Shown here: positions 1-10,254 of the stretch, one piece after another | How positions within the stretch are numbered: the first letter of the stretch is position 1 | How the letters are laid out: each line of letters begins with the position of its first letter | Assembly: GCF_006345805.1 (NCBI RefSeq) | Contig: NW_021824443.1 | Span: 1-19,207, forward strand | DNA from: Octopus sinensis | Taxonomy: Eukaryota | Direction of reading: 5' to 3' | Length of the DNA stretch: 19,207 bases | Translations under genes and position numbers: made by a program | Notes under the pieces: model-generated | What the model was told of the DNA's origin: nothing | Database searches by the model: none | Seen by the model: the letters and a program-made list of their open reading frames with translations, nothing else

Positions 1-175
1 GGATTGAATACAACCGATGTGGTACGTAAGACAAATCTTGCATATGTAGACAGGAGGTATCAGCAGAGTGATTCTGGTTGTGAAAAACAGAAGGAAGAAG
101 TCATAAAAAGAAGAAGATAAATGAGCGAGGAGGTGGTGTAGGAAAATTTTGGGGGAAACTGACCAAGCACCTATA

Positions 176-437
176 AAAATAAATAAATGCGCCCTCTTTT
201 AAAGCCTAGCTAGGCTCGTGGGCCCGATTTCCTGGTTTCTATGGTGCATGTGTTCCCCAGCTGGACGGGACGCCAGTCCATCGCAACGTTACTCATTTCT
301 GTCAGCTGAGTGGACTAGAGCAACGTGAAAGGAAGTGTTTTGCTCAAGAACACAGCGTGTCGCCCGGTCCAGGAATCGAAACCACAATCTTACGATCATG
401 GTACTGACATCCTAACCACTAAGCCACGCGCCTCCAC
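176..437 (-). mobile_element. tRNA-derived CORE-type SINE (family E here), full length
   Basis: Minus strand reads GTGGAGGCGCGTGGCTTAGTGG (A box)...GGTTTCGATTCC (B box), then a CORE-like TGTGTTCTTGAGCAAAACAC...CACTCAGCTG...AAATGAGTA, a distinct tail and an (ATTT)n end. Imperfect TSD: ACCAagCACCTATA (162-175) and ACCAtaCACCTATA (438-451). Confidence 0.85.
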
Positions 438-1007
438 ACCATACACCTATATTAAAAATAATAATTGTTGTTGTTAATTGATAATGATTTTGATTTCGTT
501 CGTTTTTGTTTGTTTTTGTATAAGTTTCTTCTGCCAGGAACCCTACCTTTATATTTCTTTCTGTATAAATAACTGTGATCCCTAAGCTAACCCCAAACCT
601 TCTTTCCACCCGTTCCTTAATTCTGCTAGCTATCTACCCACACGCTTAGCAACCTAACTATCTACTGCCCGCATCCCTCCTTCCCTCCCTCTCTCATCCC
701 TTCTCCCTCCCTCCCAACTTCCACCCTATCTACCTATCTCATACCTACATACGCATCTCCGCTCATTCTACGTTCCCCCCACCACCACCACTCCCATAGA
801 TGTCTTAATCACAGACGAAGCTGAATTCCTTTAACTACCCAACATAATTCGAAATAGTTGTGGAATGCTATTATGCAAAAAGACTGATGATGACATTCCA
901 TAATAAATTAGACAGAGACATTTTAATAGAAATAAACCCTGTAAAAGAAAGGAGAGGTGGAAACGAAGAAGACGATATGAAACTGTGAATATTGTTACCA
1001 TCATCAT

Positions 1008-1034
1008 CATCATCATCATTGCTATTATTATTTC

Positions 1035-1115
<81 letters not shown>

Positions 1116-1134
1116 AATAATAATGATAATAATG

Positions 1135-1165
<31 letters not shown>

Positions 1166-1233
1166 TAATAATAATGATAATAATAATAATAATAACAATA
1201 ATAATAATGATAATGATAATAATAATAATAATG

Positions 1234-1281
<48 letters not shown>

Positions 1282-1366
1282 TAATGATAATAGTAATGAT
1301 AATAATAATAATAGAAATAATAATAATAATGATAATAATGAGGATGATAATAATAATAATAATAGA

Positions 1367-1434
<68 letters not shown>

Positions 1435-1498
1435 TAATAATAATGATAATAATAATAATAATAACAATAATAATGATAATGATAATAATATAATAATG

Positions 1499-1530
<32 letters not shown>

Positions 1531-1561
1531 TATGATGATGATGATGATGTTGATGATGATG

Positions 1562-1621
<60 letters not shown>

Positions 1622-1639
1622 TTAATAATAATAATAATT

Positions 1640-1685
<46 letters not shown>

Positions 1686-1745
1686 CGATGATGATGATGA
1701 TGATAATAATGATAATAATGATAATAATAATAATAATAATAATAA
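1008..1745. repeat. Compound trinucleotide microsatellite (ATC/AAT/GAT)
   Basis: Directly visible (AAT)n interspersed with GAT units and two pure (GAT)n blocks. Confidence 0.97.
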
Positions 1746-1863
1746 TTTTTTCGCATGAACGAAAGACAAAGAATTTGGCAGGCTGGGAAAAATCTTATAA
1801 TTCTTTGTACAGGACTTCATTTCCTCGAACCCGGAAGAATATATAAAAAAAACAAAAAAAAAA

Positions 1864-1945
1864 CAAAGTTGACCTGAGCAGGATTTGAACTCAGAACGTA
1901 GCAGCCGTCACTAAATACCATAAAGCATCTTAGTCTAATGCTCCA
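1864..1945 (-). mobile_element. Decayed 5' fragment of SINE family B
   Basis: CAAAGTTGACCTGAGCAGGATTTGAACTCAGAACGTA aligns, with many substitutions, to the reverse complement of the family B head at 2627 and 17432. Confidence 0.65.
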
Positions 1946-2099
1946 GTGGTTCTCCCAAATAGTAACAATGATATCTTTTACTGCCTGCCACGAGAGATGA
2001 CAGAAGTGTTGCATTACAAAAACGGCGGGGGTTTATAAGATTGATGATCATTAGGGAAATAATTACTGAATGAAAACAAACATATAATGAGTAATATAT

Positions 2100-2625
2100 A
2101 CTTATATACATACAAACATACATACATATATGCACACACATATACATCGTACATACATACAAACGTACATACATATATGCACACACATATACATCGTATA
2201 TATATATACGTACATACATATATGCACACACATATACATCGTACCTGCATACGTACATACATACAAACGTATATACATATATGCACATACATATACATCG
2301 TACATACATACGTACATACATACGTACATACATACGTACATACATACGTACATGCATATAAACGTACATACATATATGCACACACATATACATCGTACAT
2401 GCATACGTACATACATATATGCACACACATATACATCGTACACACATACGTACATGCATATAAACGTACATACATATATGCACACATACATGTCTACATT
2501 TATACATACACACGTACATACATTTATACATAAGTAAAAACATTTATATGTAGAATCATGCGTACATACACACACACATATATACTCATCCATCTATCAA
2601 TCTATTCATATATACATACATATAT
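2100..2625. repeat. Microsatellite-derived minisatellite (31-bp module plus CATA/ACGTA spacers)
   Basis: CATACATATATGCACACACATATACATCGTA recurs at about 2121, 2168, 2213, 2272, 2367 and 2410, and partially at 2469. Confidence 0.9.
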
Positions 2626-2626
2626 A

Positions 2627-2857
2627 AGGCGGCGAGCTGGCAGAAACGTTAGCACGCCGGGCGAAATGCGTAGCCGTATTTCGTCTGTCGTTACGTTCTG
2701 AGTTCAAATTCTGCCGAGGTGACTTTGCCTTTCATCCTTTCGGGGTCGATAAATTAAGTACTAGTTACGCACTGGGGTCGATATAATCGACTTAATCCGT
2801 TTGTCTGTCCTTGTTTGTCCCCTCTGTGTTTAGTCCCTTGTGGGTAGTAAAGAAATA
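2627..2857 (+). mobile_element. tRNA-derived SINE family B, full length
   Basis: Near-identical to 17432-17663. AGGCGGCGAGCTGGCAGAAACG head, GAGTTCAAATTC B box, central GCCTTTCATCCTTTCGGGGTCGATAAATTAAGTAC (from memory resembles the Meta domain), ends AAAGAAATA. Confidence 0.9.
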
Positions 2858-3122
2858 TATATACATACACATATACATACATACATGCATACATACATAA
2901 TAGCAATTATGTTGGATTCATACAAAATCGAGACAGGGCCACGCATTTTCGAGAGTGAAGTAAACCATTATCCAAGCACTGAAAGTATCAACAAAGCACA
3001 TCCTGGTGACAGGTAATCCGCAATTCCAATCGTATACCAAAGTATCACTGAAGAGTGGAATCGTGTGGCGTAAAAGAAGAAGAACAGACGAGTCGATTCT
3101 TAATGTTGCCACAGCTGTTTCG

Positions 3123-3200
3123 TTGAACTCAGAACGTAGCGGCTGACGAAATACTGCTAAGCATTTCGCCCGGCGTGCTAACGTTTCTACCAGCTCGCCG
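3123..3200 (-). mobile_element. 5' fragment of SINE family B
   Basis: TGAACTCAGAACGTAGCGGCTGACGAAATACTGCTAAGCATTTCGCCCGGCGTGCTAACGTTTCTACCAGCTCGCCG is the reverse complement of the head at about 2630-2710. Confidence 0.88.
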
Positions 3201-3332
3201 AAACGTGTATGTATTGTAACCGTTAAGACTTTAGCTGCAACATAACGTCATAGTCGTATCGGCTGTCTTTTGTTTATAAATGTCTCATGCTTTTTCATTG
3301 GTCAGTTTTACTGTCTATACGTCGATTCTAAT

Positions 3333-3492
3333 CTTCATGAAAAGTTTCTTCTCCATAAAGAAACTTTCTGAGAATCGGGTTTACGGCAGTTATAAAAACC
3401 CTGATTTTGAAGGAAATTATTCAGTGATCCCTGTTTTGCCGCACGGGACCTTGTCACTCATTCTAGCAATGGAGAAGAAACTTTTCATGAAG
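3333..3492. other. 160-bp element bounded by a perfect 24-bp inverted repeat (MITE-like or structured RNA)
   Basis: CTTCATGAAAAGTTTCTTCTCCAT (3333-3356) is the exact reverse complement of ATGGAGAAGAAACTTTTCATGAAG (3469-3492). No TSD seen, so the inverted repeat is certain but its class is not. Confidence 0.7.
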
Positions 3493-3704
3493 TGTGTTTG
3501 TATTTGTCTTCCCACCGCTTGACAACCGATGTTTGATTATTTACGTCCCTGTAAATTAACAGTTCGGCTACAGAGTCCGATACAATACGTACTAGACTTT
3601 AAAAAATACCGGGATCGAATAGTTCGAATGAAACCCTTCAAGGTGGTTCCCTAGCATGATCGCAGTCTACCTCAAACTGAAAATAGTAAACGATAAAAGA
3701 TAAA
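3493..3704 (+). mobile_element. Decayed 3' half of composite SINE family A
   Basis: GCTTGACAACCGATG...TTTACGTCCCTGT...GTTCGGC...AAGGTGGT..CCCTAGCATG..CGCAGTC...GATAAAAGATAAA matches the 3' half of the copies at 13390-13832 (reverse complement) and 17785-18195. Confidence 0.75.
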
Positions 3705-3720
3705 TGGTAATGAATATATA

Positions 3721-4122
3721 TCTTTATATATAAAAGTAAGGTTGTGTGTCTGTCTCCTACGATTTAGATTCCTAACTACTCCCAATTTTTTGCGGTGCAG
3801 TTTAACCAAAACCGGGTATCTTATAGTCGTGATTCATATCGAGCCTTCTGGGTATTAGCGCGCGTCTACGCTGAGTCTACGATTTAAAAAAAATTTACCA
3901 TCATTTTTTTCCCCATTTAATTGCATTTTTTCGCTATTATATCGGGCAGTAACTCTCTAAAAATTCTACGTTGAGTCAACGATTTAAAAAAAATTTATCA
4001 TAATTTTTTTTTCCATTTTTAATGCATTTTTTAAACTATTTTTTTGGCGATAATAACTCTCTAAAAATGCTTATATAGTTATTTCCCTTACAAACCCGAG
4101 CAACGCCGGGGGATACCGCTAG
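3721..4122 (+). mobile_element. Non-autonomous Helitron, copy 1 (2 internal repeat units)
   Basis: Starts TC after A3720 and ends CTAG before T4123. Subterminal hairpin CCCGAGCAACGCCGGG (4095-4110) lies 8 nt before CTAG. No TSD. Homologous to 16165 and 18435. Confidence 0.88.
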
Positions 4123-4405
4123 TATATATTAAATTGCTAATTACACCATCTCTGATGATGCATAGGTGATTAACTGACGGCAATCAGCCAAAAACCAGTA
4201 GAAAACTTCTTAACGACACTTAACGAACGAACGAACGAGCAAAGCGACCAGACATTTTGTTTTTATTTTGCTGCTTCCGCGTATTCCCCTGACTCTATCG
4301 CTAACCATTTCCATTATCAGAATTTGAATCGGGAGCCTGTGGTCATAGTGCAGCTTTCATTAGCTGATTACATAGCCATGAACGCCACTCCTATGGATGC
4401 GTTGC

Positions 4406-4875
4406 AGTTAGTTAGTTAGTTAGTTAGTTAATTTGGCTCAAAAGCAAATAGCAAGGCCATGTAGGGGGACATGGAGTTAAGTACAGGGTGGTGTTCATGT
4501 AAAGAGTTCAGGCCACTTGAGGTCAAGGGAGGCTTTGAACAAAGCGGTCGTCGGCATCTTCACCATCTCGTCTGGCAGCTTTTCCACGGATCCGCAACCC
4601 GGACGGAGAAAGCTCCTCTCCTTCGATTGAGATGAATCGTCGCAGTAGAGATTTTCGGAATGACCCCGCCACGACGAGAGGTTACATACACTTTCCGCTT
4701 ATGAATGTTGTGGGCGAGAATGAATCACCACGGCGGCGGCGTTTTTCAAGAGAATAAAGGTCGAGCGTCCTCAGCCTTTCTTCGTAGGACAAATTTTTGA
4801 GACCATGAACCATGCGGGTAGCCAGCTTCTGGACTCTTTCGAGATGCTGTATGTCTTTGAGGAGATAAGGAGAAG
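4406..4875 (-). mobile_element. 5'-truncated, frameshifted CR1-type LINE (ORF2 C-terminus, 3' UTR and (TAAC)n tail)
   Basis: Manual minus-strand translation: [50 protein letters not shown] / RGHSENLY / NRRRGAFSVRVADPW / KLPDEMVKMPTTALFKASLDLKWPELFT* (stop at 4495-4497). This follows the CR1 C-terminal pattern (SPYL..DI..LERVQ..AT, YEERL..L.L.SLE.RR.RGD, RGH, W..LP). Tail (GTTA)6 at 4407-4430 on +. Confidence 0.88.
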
Positions 4876-5177
4876 AGCTCTCTTGATAAAGTTTGCTGAC
4901 CTGATTATTGATCTTCTACGATTCCTCTGCTCAGCATCAATGCATGAAGCACCGTGGGCTCAGTTGAACTCTTCCGCTACCTCTTCACAATCCGCCATGC
5001 TGCAGTCCCATTATTTCACTATATCCTGGGCAGGATAACTGAACGGGTACTATGCATTGCCAAAGGTAACCCGTAATTATGCAAGGGTTCAGTCGTCACT
5101 CCTTGAGGTATTTTCCAAATATCCGTATACACAGTCTTATAGCTAATATTCGACCGTGCGTCCATTTCAGGAGTATC

Positions 5178-5546
5178 TGGGAAGCACTCCGTCGGTTACG
5201 ACGACGAGGGTTCCGGTTGATCCGATCAATGGAACAGCCTGCTCGTGAAATTAACGTGTAAGTGGCTGAGCACTCCACAGACACGTGTACCCTTAACGTA
5301 GTTCTCGGGGATATTCAGCGTGACACAGAGAGTGACAAGGCCGGCCCTTTGAAATACAGGTACAACAGAAACAGGAAGTAAGAGTGAGAGAAAGTTGTGG
5401 TGAAAGAGTACAGCAGGGATCACCACCATCCCTGCCTGAACCTCGTGGACCTTTAGGTGTTTTCGCTCAATAAACACTCACAACGCCCGGTCTGGGAATC
5501 GAAACCGCGATCCTATGACCTAACCACTGGGCCATTGCGCCTCCAC
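5178..5546 (-). mobile_element. tRNA-derived SINE family C, with a 15-bp deletion in the head
   Basis: Reverse complement of 10255-10640, lacking GCGAGTCCGCTGCCC at 5520/5521. TSD TTcAGGAGTATC (5166-5177) and TTaAGGAGTATC (5547-5558). Confidence 0.92.
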
Positions 5547-5604
5547 TTAAGGAGTATCAACACCAGTTAGACTGTGGAGCCATGAAGGTTTGACTTTCTA
5601 AACA

Positions 5605-5665
5605 GGCAAACTTTTGCCTTTCGTCCTTTTCGAGATGATAAAATAAGTACTAGTTAAGCATCAGA
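5605..5665 (+). mobile_element. Highly decayed central fragment of a family B-like SINE
   Basis: CTTTTGCCTTTCGTCCTTTTCGAGATGATAAAATAAGTACTAGTTAAGCA resembles the family B central domain. Confidence 0.5.
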
Positions 5666-5744
5666 TTCGAAGAAAATTAACTAACTCATTGCTCCAAAAA
5701 CTGCTGGTTCTGCACCATAATTTGAAGCAAGAAGGTTGTGATCT

Positions 5745-5950
5745 AGTATAATGGTTAGCGTGTCGGATAAAATAATTACTGGCATTTCTTCGGCTCCTTA
5801 CAAACTGAGCTTTAATTCCGTCGAGATCGGTTTTACCTTTCACCCTTTCGGAGTCGATAAAATAAAAACTAGTTAAGCACTGTGAACGATGTAATCGATT
5901 TACACACTGCTAAAATTCATGGTCTTTTGTCAAAATTCGAAGTCATGTAT
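5745..5950 (+). mobile_element. Old, diverged family B-like SINE
   Basis: AATTCCGTCGAGATCGGTTTTACCTTTCACCCTTTCGGAGTCGATAAAATAAAAACTAGTTAAGCAC...GATGTAATCGAT is collinear with family B. Confidence 0.65.
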
Positions 5951-6290
5951 TATTGTTACCATTTTTAATTTTATACGTCAGTACCGGTATATTTGCATAT
6001 CAAGGTCTTTGTACCTTTGACAGCTTCACCCCATTTGCAATATTTTGATCAGAAGAGGTCGAGTTGTCAAACAAAGTAGAGACACGTTGTCATACTATTC
6101 CTATGTATTATATCTGGCACGGTTTGTCTTGATCTTCGTGTCAGTCTTGACAAACAATATCCAAGAGGTTTGTAATCATGTCGCAGTGACCCGAGCTTTT
6201 ATCGGCATTTCTTATTATGTCCCTACGTCGCAGTGACGGCACATTTTATAACGAACCTCTTCACACACTCGATCGCCAATAATCTTTTGA

Positions 6291-6482
6291 TTGGCAGAAT
6301 CGTTAGTAACCAGACAAAATGTTTAGCGGCATTTCCTCCGTCCTCACATTCTGAGTTCAAATTCCGCCGAGGTCGACTTCGCCGTTTATCCTTTCGGGTC
6401 GATAAAATAAGTGACACTGAAGCGCTGGGGCTCGATGTAATCAACAACCTTGACTTCTCAAAAATTTTGGGCCTTGTACCTG
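6291..6482 (+). mobile_element. Diverged family B-like SINE with an alternative 3' end
   Basis: TTGGCAGAATCGTTAG...TTCTGAGTTCAAATTCCGCCGAGGTCGACTTCGCC...TTTCGGGTCGATAAAATAAGT. The 3' end (AAAATTTTGGGCCTTGTACC) differs from 17432-17663. Confidence 0.8.
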
Positions 6483-6498
6483 TATTATTATTACTATT

Positions 6499-7018
6499 GA
6501 GTGAGAGAGCAGTGCATGCCATCAAAGTGACACTGGGGTAAAATATACGAAACCCAGTATACCCATCATGACTAGCCGTCTGATAAGAGCACACCAGGCA
6601 CATGCATCACAACTATATATGCGCGACATGGTGATCTCATATCAAGATAAACAGCACACGACTTTGCAGGTGGGGCCCAGGTAGAATTTTCTTCTGGTCG
6701 GGTAGCCCAACCCACTCAAATGTCCTTTAATGAGAGTTGTTTAAGAATGATTCAAACCCCAAAGAATTCCTTTCAACACATGGCTATGATGCTCCCCCAC
6801 AACTTCTCCTCATGATCAGAGATGCACATATCATCAGCCACCACGGGATATGCTCAACTGGTTAAGGCTAAACAACTGATAAGCAAATCTGTGGTATTGA
6901 GCAGAATATTTGCTGTAGCCTATCTTTAATACGAACACAAAACAATGACCAAGATAACACTTCCAATCACTTAAGATCAGAAGCTATGCGAGCCAGTGCC
7001 TGGTACTGCATCAGGGCA
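6499..7018. mobile_element. Probable unclassified interspersed repeat flanked by (TAT)n
   Basis: About 520 bp of complex sequence with sharp ends, flanked by TATTATTATTACTATT and TTTATTATTATT. Only one copy in this window; repeat status rests on my recollection of similar octopus sequence and is unverified. Confidence 0.4.
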
Positions 7019-7060
7019 TTTATTATTATTATAATTATTATCATTATTATTATTATTATT

Positions 7061-7178
7061 CTATGTTTGACTTTTGCTTTATATTTGTACAAGTTGGCTC
7101 CAAGTCTTACCCAGAGACCTCAAGAGACAACAGGTTGGAAGTTCATGTTGTTGTTATGCCTAGTGTGCCATATATTGG
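7061..7178 (-). mobile_element. Possible 3' end of a (TAA)n-associated non-LTR retrotransposon (R4/Dong-like)
   Basis: Minus strand ends ...GGAGCCAACTTGTACAAATATAAAGCAAAAGTCAAACATAG directly followed by (AAT)n. Clade assignment is inferred from this context only; no coding motif is present. Confidence 0.35.
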
Positions 7179-7224
7179 GGGGGGGGAGTTTTTGGTGTTG
7201 TACTAATGAATGTCTAAAAAAAAA

Positions 7225-7366
7225 TTATTATTATTATTAATTATTATTATTATTATTAATTATTATTATTATTAATTATTATTAATTATTATTATTATTA
7301 TTAATTATTATTATTATTAATTATTATTAATTATTATTATTAATTATAATTATCATTATTATATTA

Positions 7367-7399
<33 letters not shown>

Positions 7400-7470
7400 A
7401 TTATTACTAATTATTATTATTATTATTAATTATTATTAATTATTATTATTATTAATTATTATTATTATTA

Positions 7471-7541
<71 letters not shown>

Positions 7542-7548
7542 ATTATTA

Positions 7549-7583
<35 letters not shown>

Positions 7584-7694
7584 ATTATATTATTATTATT
7601 ATTATTATTAATTATTATTATCATTATTATTATTAATTATTATTATTATTATTATTAATTATTATTATTATTATTATTATTTTATTATTCATCA

Positions 7695-7777
<83 letters not shown>

Positions 7778-7790
7778 TGTTGTTGCTTTC
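7225..7790. repeat. (ATT)n array with periodic ATTA interruptions, grading into (AGT)n and (GTT)n
   Basis: Directly visible. Confidence 0.97.
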
Positions 7791-8129
7791 GCTGCTGTTG
7801 CTACAGTATTTAATTAGCCACTCTGTGATTGTCTCTTTCCACCGTTTCTTCACCTACATGACAATCCATCCATCCCTCCCTCCCTATCAAACCTTATCCT
7901 TACCCCTACACACATTCTCTGCCACCCTCCGTCACTCCCTAGCTCCTCTCTCTCTCTCTCTCTCTCCAAATCTCCCCTCCCTCCCTCCTCTCTCTCTCTG
8001 TCTCACTCCGTATTAAAGTCTCATCTGTATCTCTATATATTTCCCATCACGCAGATGAATTTTGCGTTTTTTCTTCACAAATATGGTTTTTTAAAATACT
8101 AATTTACAGTTTTTATGCCCATCACAAAT

Positions 8130-8132
<3 letters not shown>

Positions 8133-8201
<69 letters not shown>

Positions 8202-8670
8202 TAAACCTGAATTACGAAGTTTGTGTGTTTGTGTATGTGTGTGTGTGCGCGTGAGTGTGTGTTCGTGTGTGTGTGAGCGCATATGTTTGAGAGAGAGAGA
8301 GAGAAAATGTAGCAGATGCGCACATACACACAAAAATATTTTCATTCGTTATGTATACATATACTTCGATGTATATTACCTGTATGTATACATGCATTTG
8401 TACTTACATATCTATATGTAAAAATGTGTATAGATAATATACGCATATGTATGTATATATACATGCATTTGTACTTATATCTATATGTAAAAATGTGTAT
8501 AGATAATATACGCATTTGTATATATATATATATATATATATATGCGTATGCAATATATATGTGCGTATATATCTGTATATACGTTTATATCTGTATATGT
8601 GTGTACATATGTGTATGTATGTACATGTATGTACATATGTGTGTACATATGTGTATGTATGTATATGTAT
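8133..8670. repeat. Compound CA/TG/GA/TA microsatellite containing a 71-bp tandem duplication
   Basis: (CA)n at about 8133-8198. CATGCATTTGTACTTA..TATCTATATGTAAAAATGTGTATAGATAATATACGCAT occurs at 8391 and 8462. Confidence 0.92.
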
Positions 8671-8671
8671 A

Positions 8672-8972
8672 TCACCGTGAACGACTAGGCTATCAGATTT
8701 TGCTACACATCGCTGGTCACAATGCGTTTTGCATTGTTTTAGCCTTCAAATGACGCCACCCCACTGGCTAAGTGCGAGCAGGCCAACAGAAGAAAGAATG
8801 AGGGAAAATGAGCGAAAGAGTACAGCAGGGATCGCCCCACCCCTGCCGGAGCCTCGTTCAGCTTTAGATGTTTTCGCTCAATAAACACTCACAACGCCCG
8901 GTCTGGGAATCGAAACCGCAATCCTAGAACCGCGAGTCCGCTGTCCTAACCACTGGCTCGTTGCGCCTCCAC
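8672..8972 (-). mobile_element. SINE with the family C head and centre but a different 3' tail (C')
   Basis: About 8814-8972 matches the reverse complement of family C (head through GATCCCTGCTGTACTCTTTC). 8672-8813 is unrelated to the family C tail. Confidence 0.85.
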
Positions 8973-9049
8973 ATGTACATATCTGTATCAAATGTATTTA
9001 TTTCTTTATTGCATGTATATGTTTAAGTTTATATGCGTGTACATTTTTT

Positions 9050-9055
9050 AGTATA

Positions 9056-9101
<46 letters not shown>

Positions 9102-9152
9102 CATACACACACACACACACAAACACACACACATATCTGTCTCTCTCTCTTA
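9050..9152. repeat. (CT)n-(TA)n-(CA)n compound microsatellite
   Basis: Directly visible. Confidence 0.95.
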
Positions 9153-9469
9153 GACAGTCTGATAGTCGCTATTCCTGTCTCGGTGCGTCTCTATGGAAGA
9201 ATGCGAATATTAAAAAATACTGCATCCCCTTACACTAGCACGAAATCTAGTTTTAAGAATCTCACCAATTCTGTTTGTACAATAGGAGCGGCAATATCTT
9301 ATTGAGCAAGAGGGGTGAGGTTTATAAGAGGGAGCAGCAGGGTTTGTAATTTTGATGGTGGTGGTGGTGGTGATGGTGAAGGTGGCGTTGCCGCTGATAG
9401 CGGCGATAGCTGTGTGAGATTGCGGGCGCAATCCAAGAAATGGTTGAAGCCGAGGCAACTGCCTACATT

Positions 9470-9528
9470 TGTGTATGTATGTATGTATGTATGTATGTAT
9501 GTATGTATGTATGTATGTATGTATGTAT
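9470..9528. repeat. (TATG)n tetranucleotide microsatellite
   Basis: Directly visible. Confidence 0.97.
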
Positions 9529-9599
9529 GCCATTATTTAGTTTTATTTCAAGATTTCTTGCCAATAGAGAAAGAGGCGGTTTCTAACCTTGATCTAAAG

Positions 9600-9951
9600 C
9601 TTTAGTCGAGCAAATCGACCTCTTTGTAAGCCTAGTGCTTATTCTATCGGTCTCTTTTGCCGAACCACTAAGTTACAGTGACGTAAACACACTGGCATCG
9701 GTTGTCAAGCGATGTTGGGGCGACAAACACAGACGCATATATACACACACATACATATATATATACATATATATATACATATATACGACGGGCTTTTTTC
9801 AGTTTCCGTCTACCAAATCCTCTCACAAGGCTTTGGTTGGCCCGAGACTATAGTAGAAGACACTTGCCGAAGATACCACGCAGTGGGACTGAACCCGAAA
9901 CCATGTGGTTGGTAAGCAAGCTACTTACCACACAGCTACTCCTACGCCTAT
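9600..9951 (-). mobile_element. Composite SINE family A, 3'-truncated
   Basis: Collinear with about 13465-13832: tRNA-like head ending GCCTAT at 9951, CORE-like segment, internal TA/CA microsatellite and 3' module up to TTTAGTCGAGCAAATCGACC. Confidence 0.9.
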
Positions 9952-10254
9952 TATATTTAATGATTAATCAATGGTTATAATTTACTGCTGAATTAGTATT
10001 TTAACGCCATGAGATACGTATATATGTGTTTGAGAGGATGTAAAACTTTGCTATCTTTCTTTAATTTTACTTTCACCAATTTCTGCGTGAAGAAGAAATC
10101 TGTTCGAAACGTTATATTTTCCACTCCTCAGGGCAAGTCGTCTGTATTCAGTTTGTTGATTTTGCTAAAAAGCACAGGTTTTGCCGATTTGGACCAACAC
10201 CAGTTTCTGTTTATGTATGTTTGGATTCTGTTTACGTATGTGTTATATTTAAGT

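Noticed and set aside
831-2593. ORFs of 60-200 aa rich in I/M/L/Y or H/T/Y/C/V
   Set aside because: They are translations of AAT/GAT and CA/TA repeats that lack stop codons in some frames. The same applies to the ORFs at 8091-8753, 11160-12711, 14710-15117 and 15138-15554.
4152-4205. CTGATGA hammerhead core motif with a downstream GAAA
   Set aside because: No stem II can be formed between the motif and the GAAA, and no stem I or stem III is evident.
4407-4430. (TTAG)n as an interstitial telomere-like repeat
   Set aside because: It is the (TAAC)n 3' tail of the adjacent CR1 element and is not TTAGGG or TTAGG.
4805-5477. ORFs of 60-83 aa with normal-looking composition
   Set aside because: They are antisense or alternative frames of the CR1 fragment and of SINE family C.
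6180-6237. 11-bp direct repeat GTCGCAGTGAC, 47 bp apart
   Set aside because: Only two copies with no further structure. It could be a tiny duplication, but there is too little to support a feature.
9315-9470. Gly-rich ORF start (DGGGGGDGEGGVAADSGDS)
   Set aside because: It is driven by a short (GGT)n repeat, runs into a (TATG)n microsatellite, and has no convincing splice sites or homology.
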